A stretch of 64,000 nucleotides of DNA from Thermodesulfobacteriota bacterium (GTDB taxonomy: Bacteria > Desulfobacterota > Binatia > Bin18): NCBI GenBank assembly GCA_964291405.2, contig OZ219926.1:192001-256000 (forward strand), written 5' to 3'. Position 1 is the stretch's first letter. The number at the start of each line of letters is the position of its first letter. Shown piece by piece: positions 11,085-20,188 of this stretch. The notes beneath the pieces were generated by a model. The model ran no database searches. It was not told where the DNA came from and saw nothing but the letters and a program-made list of their open reading frames with translations. The position numbers and the translations under genes are program-made.

Positions 11085-13001
11085 ATGCTTGACTTTATGC
11101 GCCAACGGGCTCGGTCAGTATGGACCAAAGCGCTCTTTCTGATTATTGCGCTTGTCTTCGTGTTCTTTGGTATTGGGAGCTTTGGAGACGACGCACAGGT
11201 ACAAATCATCGTAACGGTCGATGATGAGCCTATCACCCTTCAGGAATTCCAGCGCGCCTATCGGAACGTCGAGGCCAATTACCGGGAAATCTATAAAGAA
11301 CGTTTTACTCCAGAGCTCGCCCAGCAGATGAATCTGCGACAACAGACGCTTGATCAGCTCGTTGATACGAAATTGTTGGCCAAAGAAGCGCGCCGGATTG
11401 GTTTCAGAGCATCAGATGAAGACGTGCGACAAGAGATCGCCGCCTCCCCCACCTTTCACAGCTTCGGCTCTTTCAGCCCAGACCGCTACCGTCGGCTTTT
11501 ACGGTATTTACGGATGACGCCTCAGGAGTTTGAAGAGCAGCAACGGAATCAGCTCGTCATCGAGAGATTCCAAAAATTCATTGACGGATCAATCCGCGCT
11601 ACGGATTATGAGGTAGAGGCATTATTTCGTTTTGAACAAGAAAAAATGAATCTCGCTTTCCTCAAAATCGCCTCGGCAGACCTGGTCGACATGGTCACAA
11701 TCACTGAACAGCAGGTACGCGAATTCTACACCAACAACACGGAATCTTTTCGGATACCCGAGCGTGTCCGCCTGCATTATGTCTCGTATGCACCGGAAGA
11801 CTTTGAAGCAGAGGCCTCGGTCTCTGAAGATGAGGTGCTCGATTTTTACAACGCCCATAAAGGTGATCGCTTTACGGAAGAGAAGCAGGTCCAAGCCCGT
11901 CATATTCTCTTCTCTCTGGCTGACGGCGTCTCGGATGAAAGGAAAGCGGACACGCGGAGCACGGCGCAAAGGATTCTCGAACGAGCGCGTGAGGGAGAAG
12001 ATTTTGCTGTCCTCGCCGAGGAATACTCACAGGATACGGGAACGGCAAGCAACGGCGGAGATCTCGGCCTTTTTGGACGGGGCCGTATGGTCAAGCCGTT
12101 TGAAGAGGCCGCTTTCGACATGGAGGTTGGACAAGTGAGCGACCTCGTCGAAACAACCTTCGGCTTTCACATCATCAAGGTTGAGGCAATCCAGCCCGAA
12201 CGCATCAAACCGCTTGAAGAAGTCGCCGATACGGTCACCGAAGAATTGCTGGAGCGGAGAAGTCGATCCATTGCAGAGCAACGGGCACGCGAAGATCGGA
12301 AGAACATTGCCGATGGCACGACGCTCCTACAGTTTGCCGAATCCGTTGGATTAGAGGCAAAGGAAACCCCGCTTGTCAATCAGAACGAGACGATTCCAGG
12401 CCTTGGTCGTCGTCCAAAACTCGTTGAAACAGCCTTTGGACAGTCACCAGGACAAATCAGCGATCCCGTTCAAGTTGATAACACCTGGTTCCTGGTATCG
12501 CTCACGGAACGGGTACCCTCTCGGATTCCAGCATTTACGGCAGTGCAAGAAGAGGTCGAAGAACAGTACCGGAGTGAACAAGCCGAACGCCTGGCCCAGG
12601 AGAAAGCGGACAAACTCCTCACGAAACTCAAGGAGACAAAGGATTTGTCCAGTTTGGCAAAAGCAGAAGCACTCACAGTAGAAGAGACTGGGGCGTTTGC
12701 GCGTCGGGGCGGCTATATTCCAAAGATCGGTGTTGTGCCGGATCTGAAAACCGAGGCATTTCGATTAACACCAGAAGCCCCTGTCGCCTCCAAAAGCTAT
12801 ACATGGGGGGGAAATACTTTTGTTGCGGTTCTTAAAGAATATATTCCGGCCGATTCGGAGCAACTCGAAGAGCAGCGTGATGACCTTCGTCAGTCGCTCC
12901 TCCAAAGGAAAAAAACGGCAGCCTATCAGGAGCTCACGAAATATCTAAAAGAGCGGGCAAAGATTGAATATAATCAGCGGAATCTGTTAAGCGCGCTATA
13001 A
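11085..13001 (+). CDS. ppiD: PpiD/SurA-family periplasmic peptidyl-prolyl isomerase
   Basis: N-terminal anchor, SurA_N domain and parvulin domain (ARHIL...FAVLAEEYSQD...GGDLG...FEEAAF...GFHII). Confidence 0.9.
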   Translation: MLDFMRQRARSVWTKALFLIIALVFVFFGIGSFGDDAQVQIIVTVDDEPITLQEFQRAYRNVEANYREIYKERFTPELAQQMNLRQQTLDQLVDTKLLAKEARRIGFRASDEDVRQEIAASPTFHSFGSFSPDRYRRLLRYLRMTPQEFEEQQRNQLVIERFQKFIDGSIRATDYEVEALFRFEQEKMNLAFLKIASADLVDMVTITEQQVREFYTNNTESFRIPERVRLHYVSYAPEDFEAEASVSEDEVLDFYNAHKGDRFTEEKQVQARHILFSLADGVSDERKADTRSTAQRILERAREGEDFAVLAEEYSQDTGTASNGGDLGLFGRGRMVKPFEEAAFDMEVGQVSDLVETTFGFHIIKVEAIQPERIKPLEEVADTVTEELLERRSRSIAEQRAREDRKNIADGTTLLQFAESVGLEAKETPLVNQNETIPGLGRRPKLVETAFGQSPGQISDPVQVDNTWFLVSLTERVPSRIPAFTAVQEEVEEQYRSEQAERLAQEKADKLLTKLKETKDLSSLAKAEALTVEETGAFARRGGYIPKIGVVPDLKTEAFRLTPEAPVASKSYTWGGNTFVAVLKEYIPADSEQLEEQRDDLRQSLLQRKKTAAYQELTKYLKERAKIEYNQRNLLSAL

Positions 13002-13041
13002 CTGGGAATGGCACCGCCTGACCATAGGGAGAACAAGTATC

Positions 13042-13485
13042 ATGTTGCAAGTAGGAGACACTGCGCCAGACTTTACGGTCAAAACACACGAAGGCAACGA
13101 TCTGTCTTTATCGGCCTTATGTGGCAAAAAAGTCCTTTTATGGTTTTATCCAAAAGCCGATACCCCTGGTTGAACGATTGAGGGTCGTGGGTTCTGCGAC
13201 CAGATTGAAGACTTCAAATCGCAAAATGTTGAGGTTTTGGGAATCAGCTTTGATACGGTTGAGGAAAACGCTGCTTTTGCGAAAAAATTCAGCTTTCCGT
13301 ACGCACTCCTGTGTGACACGACGCGGAGTATAGGTCTGGCGTATGGTGTATGTAATGATGCCAGCGCGGGCTTTGCCAATCGGATCAGTTACCTGATCGA
13401 TGAGAAGGGCAAGGTGCAGCGCGTCTACGCCTCCGTCAATCCCCGCGTTCACCCCGCTGAGGTGCTGGCCGATCTTGTCTCGTAG
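13042..13485 (+). CDS. bcp: BCP/PrxQ peroxiredoxin with predicted selenocysteine (in-frame TGA at 13171-13173)
   Basis: Manual translation from the ATG at 13042: MLQVGDTAPDFTVKTHEG...WFYPKADTPG*TIEGRGFCD...GISFDT...RISYLIDEKGKV. The stop sits at the peroxidatic Cys of PKxxTPGCTxE, and the frame continues to 13485. Confidence 0.88.
13183..13201 (+). promoter_or_regulatory. Putative bacterial SECIS hairpin
   Basis: GGTCGTGG-gtt-CTGCGACC stem with two G-U pairs and a G-containing loop about 17 nt after the in-frame UGA. Confidence 0.65.
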
Positions 13486-13506
13486 ATATCGCTAGCGAGA
13501 TTCGTC

Positions 13507-14673
13507 CTACCCGTACTCGCTCTCCGCATCCTGCAGAGCTGCCTCATACACCAGCCTGAGTGCAACATTTTTTTCCTGGGCGAGGCGTTTACAGTCGTCA
13601 TATTCTGGAGCACAGTTGATCTGCCCGTTGGGCCGATAGGCAACTTTGACCCTAACCGAGCCGTATTTGGTTTGCACCTCTTGCTGCTCCCGTCGGAGTG
13701 ACAGACGATCGACCGGATAGGACCGGATGCCTAATGTCGAAGTCTCGTTAAAAATTATGCCTGAAAGCTGGCCTTGGTCCTGAGGATCGCATAAAACCCA
13801 GAGAAAAATCCCCGGTCGATTTTTCTTCATTTGAATCGGGGAGAAAAAGACATCCCGGGCGCCTGCGGCAAAGAGCTGTTCCATGACATGTTCGTACCAC
13901 TCTGGATTGAGGTCATCGATATTTGTCTCCAGGACAAGCAGTTGTTCGTGTCGCACCTCAGGGACTGGGTGTCCGAGACAGACCCGGAGGACATTGGGCC
14001 GATCAGACAGGATACGTGCTCCTGCGCCATAGCCGACCTGCGCAATGGAAAACAAGGGTGGCCCCGGTTGGGCCAACGCGGCGAGAATAGCCGCTCCGGT
14101 AGGCGTGACCAGTTCAGACTGACCGTCCTCGAATCGAACGGGTAGCCCTTTTACGAGTTCCGCGGTGGCAGGGCCCGGCACGGGCAGCGTGCCGTGGCGG
14201 GAGGATACGAATCCGCTTCCCATGGGAAGCGGGCTGGTGTACATGGCCTGTATCCCCAAAGCTTCAAAGCCGATGGCCGCACCAACAATGTCAAGAACCG
14301 AATCAACCGCACCAACCTCATGAAAGTGGACGTCTGCAACTGAGGTATTATGAACGTGGGCCTCGGCTTCAGCGAGTCGGGTGAAAATCTTGAGCGCAGT
14401 TGTTTTTACCGACCCACTCAGCGGGCTTGCCTCCAGCATGTCGGCAATGGAACGAAAGCTGCGTTCATGCTGTTGCGCACTGACGTCTACATCGAACTTG
14501 ATCGCGCGAATGCCACTGTGAACCCGCTCTGATTGATGCAGTGTGTAACCCTCGAGCGGGAGCTTGGAGCATTCGGCTTTCAGCAGATCAAGCGATAGAC
14601 CTAGGTCAAGGAGCGCGCCGATGACCATATCACCGCTGATACCGGAAAACGCATCAAAGTAGGCAATTTTCAT
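13507..14673 (-). CDS. larC: Nickel pincer cofactor biosynthesis protein LarC
   Basis: YFDAFSGISGDM, VHFHEVGAVDS, HGTLPVPGPAT, ETNIDD, MKKNRPG and PEYDDC. Confidence 0.93.
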   Translation of the reverse strand: MKIAYFDAFSGISGDMVIGALLDLGLSLDLLKAECSKLPLEGYTLHQSERVHSGIRAIKFDVDVSAQQHERSFRSIADMLEASPLSGSVKTTALKIFTRLAEAEAHVHNTSVADVHFHEVGAVDSVLDIVGAAIGFEALGIQAMYTSPLPMGSGFVSSRHGTLPVPGPATAELVKGLPVRFEDGQSELVTPTGAAILAALAQPGPPLFSIAQVGYGAGARILSDRPNVLRVCLGHPVPEVRHEQLLVLETNIDDLNPEWYEHVMEQLFAAGARDVFFSPIQMKKNRPGIFLWVLCDPQDQGQLSGIIFNETSTLGIRSYPVDRLSLRREQQEVQTKYGSVRVKVAYRPNGQINCAPEYDDCKRLAQEKNVALRLVYEAALQDAESEYG

Positions 14674-14772
14674 AATCTCGCTCGGAGCGTGTCAGATCCG
14701 TACTTCATTGAGGCCCTGCTCCAATTTTTCATAGCTAGACCGTCTGGATTGAGCGGACATAAGAAGAAAATG

Positions 14773-15480
14773 TCAAACCAGAGCATACGCATCGGTGACA
14801 CTCAGCTCATAAATAATCCAGATTCCTAATGCCACGCTTGTAGCACCGGCCGCAATACGGAGAGATAGGTTTGTCCCTTGGAGGTGTCTTTGCGTGAGCG
14901 AGAAGAAGAAACCAAAGGCGAGGCTCGCGGCCCCCATGCCCAGTACGGACCCACAGCCAAAAGACGCTATATAGAGCAGGCTTTCCACCGGAGACGGAGC
15001 CGTTGCCACTGTCAGCAAGAGCACGGCGGCGCTGCCGGCTAATCCGTGGACCATACCGACGAGGAGAGGCTTCCATCCTGTTTCTCCTCCATGTCGATGG
15101 GAGTGCTCCGGACCCTCCACATGTGTATGAAAGTGGAGGTGCGTGTTTCCTCCATGCGTATGTTGGTGGAGGTGAATACGCCGGCGCCGGCAGTCGAATA
15201 GAGTCATGGATCCTAAACCGACCAGCATGACCCCAACCAAGCCTTCCAGAGAAAGCTCCAGTACGGGGGGAATGCTCACCTGAAGGATGAGAACAACGCC
15301 GCCGACGGCCAGGAGCGTAGCCGAGTGACCAAGCCCCCAGATGACACCAAAACGGACACTTTTCCATAGAGAGCGCTTAGGCGTCACGAGTGTTGAGACA
15401 GCAACGAGGTGGTCTGCCTCAAAAGCATGCCTGAGTCCGAGTAAAAAACCAAAGACAAGAACCGATGCGAAACTCACCAC
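14773..15480 (-). CDS. Nickel/cobalt transporter (NicO/UreH-like)
   Basis: LGLRHAFEADH, WGLGHS, a His-rich loop (HLHQHTHGGNTHLHFHTH) and GMVHGLAGS. Adjacent to larC. Confidence 0.85.
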   Translation of the reverse strand: MVSFASVLVFGFLLGLRHAFEADHLVAVSTLVTPKRSLWKSVRFGVIWGLGHSATLLAVGGVVLILQVSIPPVLELSLEGLVGVMLVGLGSMTLFDCRRRRIHLHQHTHGGNTHLHFHTHVEGPEHSHRHGGETGWKPLLVGMVHGLAGSAAVLLLTVATAPSPVESLLYIASFGCGSVLGMGAASLAFGFFFSLTQRHLQGTNLSLRIAAGATSVALGIWIIYELSVTDAYALV

Positions 15481-15580
15481 TCACATCCCCCTTCCGTGAC
15501 TCCCTTCGTAGCATAGGGGAGGCGGCTATGTCTCGGCCACTTACGTCTCAGCCGAGGTCCAAGTGCTTGCGTTGGCCTAG

Positions 15581-15928
15581 GTGGACGACTGTGGTAAAAA
15601 AATAGAGATGATACGGGCTGTCTTCTTGAGCTTTGTCTGTTTCAGTCTGGCGCTCAGCGCGCCCATCCTGGCGCAGCCTTCACACTATGGCGATACGGGG
15701 GACAATATCGGGACGTGGAAGTGGGGGTCAACATCGCCGCGTCAGGCTGATGACTTTGAAGAAGAGGATGACTACTACGGGACAACCTGGGAACAGATGT
15801 ATGAGGACCGGCTGTATGAGCAGGAACTCGAGAAGGAAGACGAGCCTGATTCATTTTCGCTGTTAAGCGCTCCCGTCAAGATCTGGCGTTTCTTTTGGCC
15901 CCAAAAAGACAAAGACACGCTTGAGTAG
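15581..15928 (+). CDS. Hypothetical exported acidic protein
   Basis: Signal-peptide-like N-terminus (ATG at about 15608 is an alternative start) followed by a D/E/Y-rich segment. Its 3' end overlaps the convergent CusF-like ORF. Confidence 0.5.
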   Translation: MDDCGKKIEMIRAVFLSFVCFSLALSAPILAQPSHYGDTGDNIGTWKWGSTSPRQADDFEEEDDYYGTTWEQMYEDRLYEQELEKEDEPDSFSLLSAPVKIWRFFWPQKDKDTLE

Positions 15929-16278
15929 GACGCAAAACCCGGTTGTGTCCTAGCCGCCCCCCCCTTCCCTTCCGTGGTTGGCACCGCAATTTTTTTAACA
16001 GCAACCAGATACAAAGTCAGCTTTGTCCGCTCCAGGGTAAAGCGGATATGGTCGCCTGGCTTGAGGTTATGGAGCAGACTAGGCTTGTTCACTTCAAAGC
16101 TCATAGTCATGGCATCCATAAAGCCTGGAATGTCTTCGTGCGCGACGACAACGCGTCGATCTGGGATCACGACCTTTTCGACAATCCCTTCGCCCGTGAG
16201 AATTTCAGGAGCAGGTACAGGACCGCAACCTGCACTCATCCCAAAGAGCGTGCACAAAATAAGACTGAATGTCTTCAC
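15775..16278 (-). CDS. CusF-like copper-binding lipoprotein
   Basis: Lipobox SAGC and HEDIPGFMDAMTMSF...LKPGDHIRF (CusF fold). The C-terminal tail overlaps the opposite-strand ORF. Confidence 0.8.
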   Translation of the reverse strand: MKTFSLILCTLFGMSAGCGPVPAPEILTGEGIVEKVVIPDRRVVVAHEDIPGFMDAMTMSFEVNKPSLLHNLKPGDHIRFTLERTKLTLYLVAVKKIAVPTTEGKGGAARTQPGFASYSSVSLSFWGQKKRQILTGALNSENESGSSSFSSSCSYSRSSYICSQVVP

Positions 16279-16299
16279 AGTGACGAATGGGTGGGCGTT

Positions 16300-16614
16300 T
16301 TATTGCATGGGAGAAAATTCCGTTGGGCTCAGAATTTTATTGCTCTGGCTGAGGATCACCCCACGCAGACGCTTGGCTACTTCAGCCCGGCGCGGATCCT
16401 TGGCCCAGCGTGCCCACTTTTCTTGTCGCTCATTCAGGTCGTTATATGCCCAGAGGTGGACGACTTCGTTCAGCTGACCAATCTCGCTATACCAGAATCC
16501 AGCGGGCTTGATCCCGTGTTCCGCTACGCCGGGCAGGATGATCGTTTCTGCAACTTCGAGATATTCGGCCAGACCGCCAAAGGCGAGTTGGTAGGTTCGC
16601 AGCTCATAAATCAT
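16300..16614 (-). CDS. NIPSNAP family protein
   Basis: MIYELRTY...EIGQLNEVVHLWAY...LSPTEFSP. GGAGGAGG RBS. Confidence 0.9.
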   Translation of the reverse strand: MIYELRTYQLAFGGLAEYLEVAETIILPGVAEHGIKPAGFWYSEIGQLNEVVHLWAYNDLNERQEKWARWAKDPRRAEVAKRLRGVILSQSNKILSPTEFSPMQ

Positions 16615-16750
16615 AAGACCTCCTCCATAAGGAATACCACTCTCCACCTATCCCACCCAAGTCAGAAGTCAAGCTTGTATATCGCTTGACTCTTCCTCCT
16701 CTCTTCCGTTACTGCTCACATGTACCGAATGAGAAAAAGAGGAGGCAAGC

Positions 16751-17323
16751 ATGGCTCTTAACCCCAAGAAAACAGCGCTGATCGTCATAGACGTTCAGAA
16801 TGACTACTTTGATGGGAAATGGCCCATCCCGGATGGCAATGCGGCACTGGACAATATCGAGACCGCGATTGAAGCCAGCCAACAAATAGGCGCCAAAGTC
16901 ATCTATGTTCAGCACGAAGTCCTGAACCCCGAGCGAGGGATTTTCATTCGAGGCACCAATGGCTTTGAACTCCACCCACGCCTTCATCCACGCCCCGAGG
17001 ACCATCGTATCGTTAAACATTATCCCGGATCGTTTTCTAAAACCGACCTGGAAGAGACCCTGCGAAAAGAGGGCATCGAGACCTTGGTCATCTCGGGTTA
17101 TATGACGCATATGTGCTGCGACACGACCGCGCGCGAGGGGTTTCAACGAGATTTTCGCGTCCTATTTCTCAATGATGCCACCGCGACGCGTGACGGTGCG
17201 CATCCGACGCTGGGGAAAATCGCGCATAGTGAATTACACCGCTCCACCCTGATTACCCAAGCGTCGATGTTTGCCGAGGTCCTCCCTACCCAGGAATTGG
17301 TCGAGCGTTTGCAAACGAGTTAG
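16751..17323 (+). CDS. Cysteine hydrolase / isochorismatase family protein
   Basis: ALIVIDVQNDY, KHYPGSF and GYMTHMCCDTTAR catalytic motifs. Confidence 0.9.
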   Translation: MALNPKKTALIVIDVQNDYFDGKWPIPDGNAALDNIETAIEASQQIGAKVIYVQHEVLNPERGIFIRGTNGFELHPRLHPRPEDHRIVKHYPGSFSKTDLEETLRKEGIETLVISGYMTHMCCDTTAREGFQRDFRVLFLNDATATRDGAHPTLGKIAHSELHRSTLITQASMFAEVLPTQELVERLQTS

Positions 17324-17338
17324 ACACGCCGGCAAAGC

Positions 17339-17367
17339 GGAGAGACCGGGTATCACCGCGTCTCTCC
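17339..17367. terminator. Hairpin between convergent genes (possible bidirectional terminator)
   Basis: GGAGAGAC...GTCTCTCC stem. Confidence 0.4.
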
Positions 17368-17369
17368 AC

Positions 17370-18380
17370 TCACTTCCTGAAATACGGGATAATGTGTTCG
17401 CCTAGCAGTTCCACTACCCGGTAGGCATGAGAGGCTTCCATACCTGGCCACCAGATTCGGAAAATAAAATGGTCGATCCCGAGTTGGTGATGATGGGCTT
17501 CGATTTGTTCAGCGACCTCTTCAATGCTGCCCAGAATAAAACGATCCCTGGCCAGTTCCTCAAATGATACGCGAAACGACTCCTCGCCGGGCAGTTCCTT
17601 GTCCTGCCCCCAGTCGGCATAGGCTTGATATTTTTTCTCCAAATACGGCTGGGCAATGGCCAGCGATTCGTCATGCGTTTTGGCGACGTGCATTTCCTTG
17701 ATGATGGGGATCTCCGGCGTATCGGTATAGCCGGCCGCAGCCAGAGTGGCTTTATACAAGCCCATCTGCCGTTTCAGGGTGTGGAGGGTGGCATGCGGAT
17801 TGACCAGCCATGAGCATCCCAGGCGGCCGGCACGCTCAATGGCACTATCATTGTTCGCAGCAATCCAGATAGGCGGATGCGGCTGCTGGACGGGCCGAAT
17901 CGTACTCGTCGCGTTTTCGATACTGAAATGGTTGCCCTGAAAGGATACGTTTTCTTCTGTCCACAGGCGGCGAATGAGTTCCAGGGACTCCTCAAAACGA
18001 GGAATGCGATCGCGGCGGCGCGTATTAAATCCCTGATACTCGATATCTCGATAGCCGAGCCCGACACCAAATACGGCGCGTCCTTCACTGATGACATCAA
18101 GCGAAGCCACATCTTCAGCCAGACCCACCGGGCTATACAATGGGAGCAGAATTACCGACAGCACGAGTGACATCGAACCACTCTCGGCCGCCAGCCGTGA
18201 CAGCAGCGGCAGGCTCTGGATATTCTGATACGGCGGAGCAAGGAAATGCTGACCGCAGGCAATCGAGTCGAGGCCAGCATCCCGCGCGAGGCGGGTCAGT
18301 TCAACGGTTTCCCTGAAGCGTTTGACGGGCGAATCCGCTCGGGGATGCTGGGGCATGGCCATGATGCCAAATTTGATCAT
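17370..18380 (-). CDS. LLM-class flavin-dependent oxidoreductase
   Basis: Luciferase-like: GQHF, AEDVASLDVISEGR, GVGLGYR and PVQQPHPPIWIA. Confidence 0.9.
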   Translation of the reverse strand: MIKFGIMAMPQHPRADSPVKRFRETVELTRLARDAGLDSIACGQHFLAPPYQNIQSLPLLSRLAAESGSMSLVLSVILLPLYSPVGLAEDVASLDVISEGRAVFGVGLGYRDIEYQGFNTRRRDRIPRFEESLELIRRLWTEENVSFQGNHFSIENATSTIRPVQQPHPPIWIAANNDSAIERAGRLGCSWLVNPHATLHTLKRQMGLYKATLAAAGYTDTPEIPIIKEMHVAKTHDESLAIAQPYLEKKYQAYADWGQDKELPGEESFRVSFEELARDRFILGSIEEVAEQIEAHHHQLGIDHFIFRIWWPGMEASHAYRVVELLGEHIIPYFRK

Positions 18381-18454
18381 GCAGCTTCTCCTGGAGAAAA
18401 AGGGCGATCACAAGCGGACCGCCCCTTCCTTATCCCATTGATGGTCCGTTCTCT

Positions 18455-19312
18455 CTAGAGCACTTCTTTGGCCAGAGACTCCAATTCTGTGAGGACGGCG
18501 TTCTCGCCGTCCTCACTCTGTGTCAGCCATATGGTGACATGGTCCACGCCAGCAGATTGCAGCTCATTGATTTCCTCTTTGGTGCGAAATTTGCCGGGCC
18601 AGCCAAAGGCGAGGACAGAGATTTCTTTTGGATCGCGGCCAGCCTGTTCGGCCATCTCGTTGAGGCGCTGTCGCCCGGCTTGAATGTCTTCCACAGGGGA
18701 CAGAACCGGCATCCAGCCATCTCCCCATTCGACTACCCGCTTAAAGACGTATTTTGACGAGCCGCCCATATAGACCGGCGGATGAGGTTTTCGTGCAGGT
18801 TTCGGGAAGGAACGGACGGCGGGGAAATCGTAGTACTTGCCGTGATACTCGGCCTCGTCCTGCGTCCAGAGTTCCTTCATGGCCAGGACGGCGTCTTTGG
18901 TCTGTCCCCAGCGGTGATCAAAATCACCCCCCATGATCTCCGTCTCTTCTCTCAGCCAACCTGCCCCGATACCAAAAATGAAACGACCTCCTGAGAAGTG
19001 ATCTAAGGTCGCGACTTCTTTGGCTAATTCAAGCGGATTGCGCTCCGGTATCAGACAAATTCCCGTGCCGAGTTCAATCGTCTTGGTCACGGCCGAGGCC
19101 CGCGCCAACGATACAAACGGATCGGTGATGCGGCCGTACTCGTCTGGAATGATGCCGTCTTCCGAGGCTGGATAGGGCGAGCTGGTTTTGACCGGAATAA
19201 TCGCGTGTTCGGGTACCCAATAGGACCCAAAGCCCAATTCCTCTGCGCGTTTTGCAATGATGGCCGGATCAACCGAGCGATCGATGCAGAACTCGAAAAC
19301 TCCGATTTTCAT
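18455..19312 (-). CDS. LLM-class, probably F420-dependent oxidoreductase (Rv2161c-like)
   Basis: WVPEH, DPFVSLA, LAKEVATLDHFSGGR, GIGAGW and PKPARKPHPPV. Confidence 0.85.
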   Translation of the reverse strand: MKIGVFEFCIDRSVDPAIIAKRAEELGFGSYWVPEHAIIPVKTSSPYPASEDGIIPDEYGRITDPFVSLARASAVTKTIELGTGICLIPERNPLELAKEVATLDHFSGGRFIFGIGAGWLREETEIMGGDFDHRWGQTKDAVLAMKELWTQDEAEYHGKYYDFPAVRSFPKPARKPHPPVYMGGSSKYVFKRVVEWGDGWMPVLSPVEDIQAGRQRLNEMAEQAGRDPKEISVLAFGWPGKFRTKEEINELQSAGVDHVTIWLTQSEDGENAVLTELESLAKEVL

Positions 19313-19482
19313 ATATCCCTCCTTGTCTTCTGTCTTGATATCACGCTGCTGACTCTATCACGGGCCCTTTGACACGCCTAGCAGAGATAGTGTCCTTGCG
19401 CGGAATTCTTCGATAGTATGCCTGGCGTCTTCATGATTTCAGGCGACAGCGAGCTGTCGTACCAGAGGGAGGATTGACATCT

Positions 19483-20109
19483 ATGCGGATGATTTTAGTC
19501 GGACCACCGGGGGCGGGCAAAGGGACGCAGGCTGTCCATCTCGTTGAACGGTTTAAGATTTCTCATATCTCAACCGGTGATATGCTCCGCGCGGCGGTCA
19601 GTGAAGGGACCGAGTTGGGCAAACAGGCCGACGGCTATATGAAGGCCGGTGGATTGGTGCCGGATGACCTCGTCATCGCGATGGTGATAGAGCGGATTGG
19701 AAAACCTGACTGTGCAGAGGGATTTATGTTGGACGGCTTTCCTCGCACCCGACCCCAGGCTGAGGCCCTGGATGTCGAACTGCAGAAGGCCGGGGTTGCC
19801 CTGGATGTTGTGCTGCAAATTGAAGTCCCGGACGATTTGATTGTCGAACGCATTACCGGTCGACGCCTGGATCCCGATACGGGCGATATTTACCATATGA
19901 AATTTAAACCGCCGCCGGCAGATATTGCCGGTCGGGTGATGCAGCGCAAAGATGACACCGAAGAAGCCTGCCGAGCCAGACTCGAAAAATACCACTCGGA
20001 AACGGCACCGATTATCCCTTTTTATGCGGCCCAAGGAAGGCTGAAACGGGTGGACGGTAACGCCGCACCGGACGAGGTCAGCCGGCGTATTATGCAGGTG
20101 TTGGGCTGA
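19483..20109 (+). CDS. adk: Adenylate kinase
   Basis: GPPGAGKGTQ, HISTGDMLR, LDGFPRT and QRKDD. Confidence 0.95.
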   Translation: MRMILVGPPGAGKGTQAVHLVERFKISHISTGDMLRAAVSEGTELGKQADGYMKAGGLVPDDLVIAMVIERIGKPDCAEGFMLDGFPRTRPQAEALDVELQKAGVALDVVLQIEVPDDLIVERITGRRLDPDTGDIYHMKFKPPPADIAGRVMQRKDDTEEACRARLEKYHSETAPIIPFYAAQGRLKRVDGNAAPDEVSRRIMQVLG

Positions 20110-20135
20110 GGGGTCTCCAATCCGCACAAAAACTG

Positions 20136-20160
20136 GGGGCAATTCATGAATTGCCCCTAC
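20136..20160. repeat. REP-like palindrome (GTAG/CTAC family)
   Basis: Perfect 22-nt palindrome GGGGCAATTCATGAATTGCCCC followed by TAC, between convergent adk and the PQQ dehydrogenase. Confidence 0.7.
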
Positions 20161-20188
20161 CTATCTGACCTATTTTGGCATTGAGAAT

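Noticed and set aside
13121-13485. Separate 70-aa and 82-aa ORFs, or a Prx pseudogene
   Set aside because: A single Sec-containing gene explains this better: the stop is exactly at the catalytic Cys and is followed by a SECIS-like hairpin.
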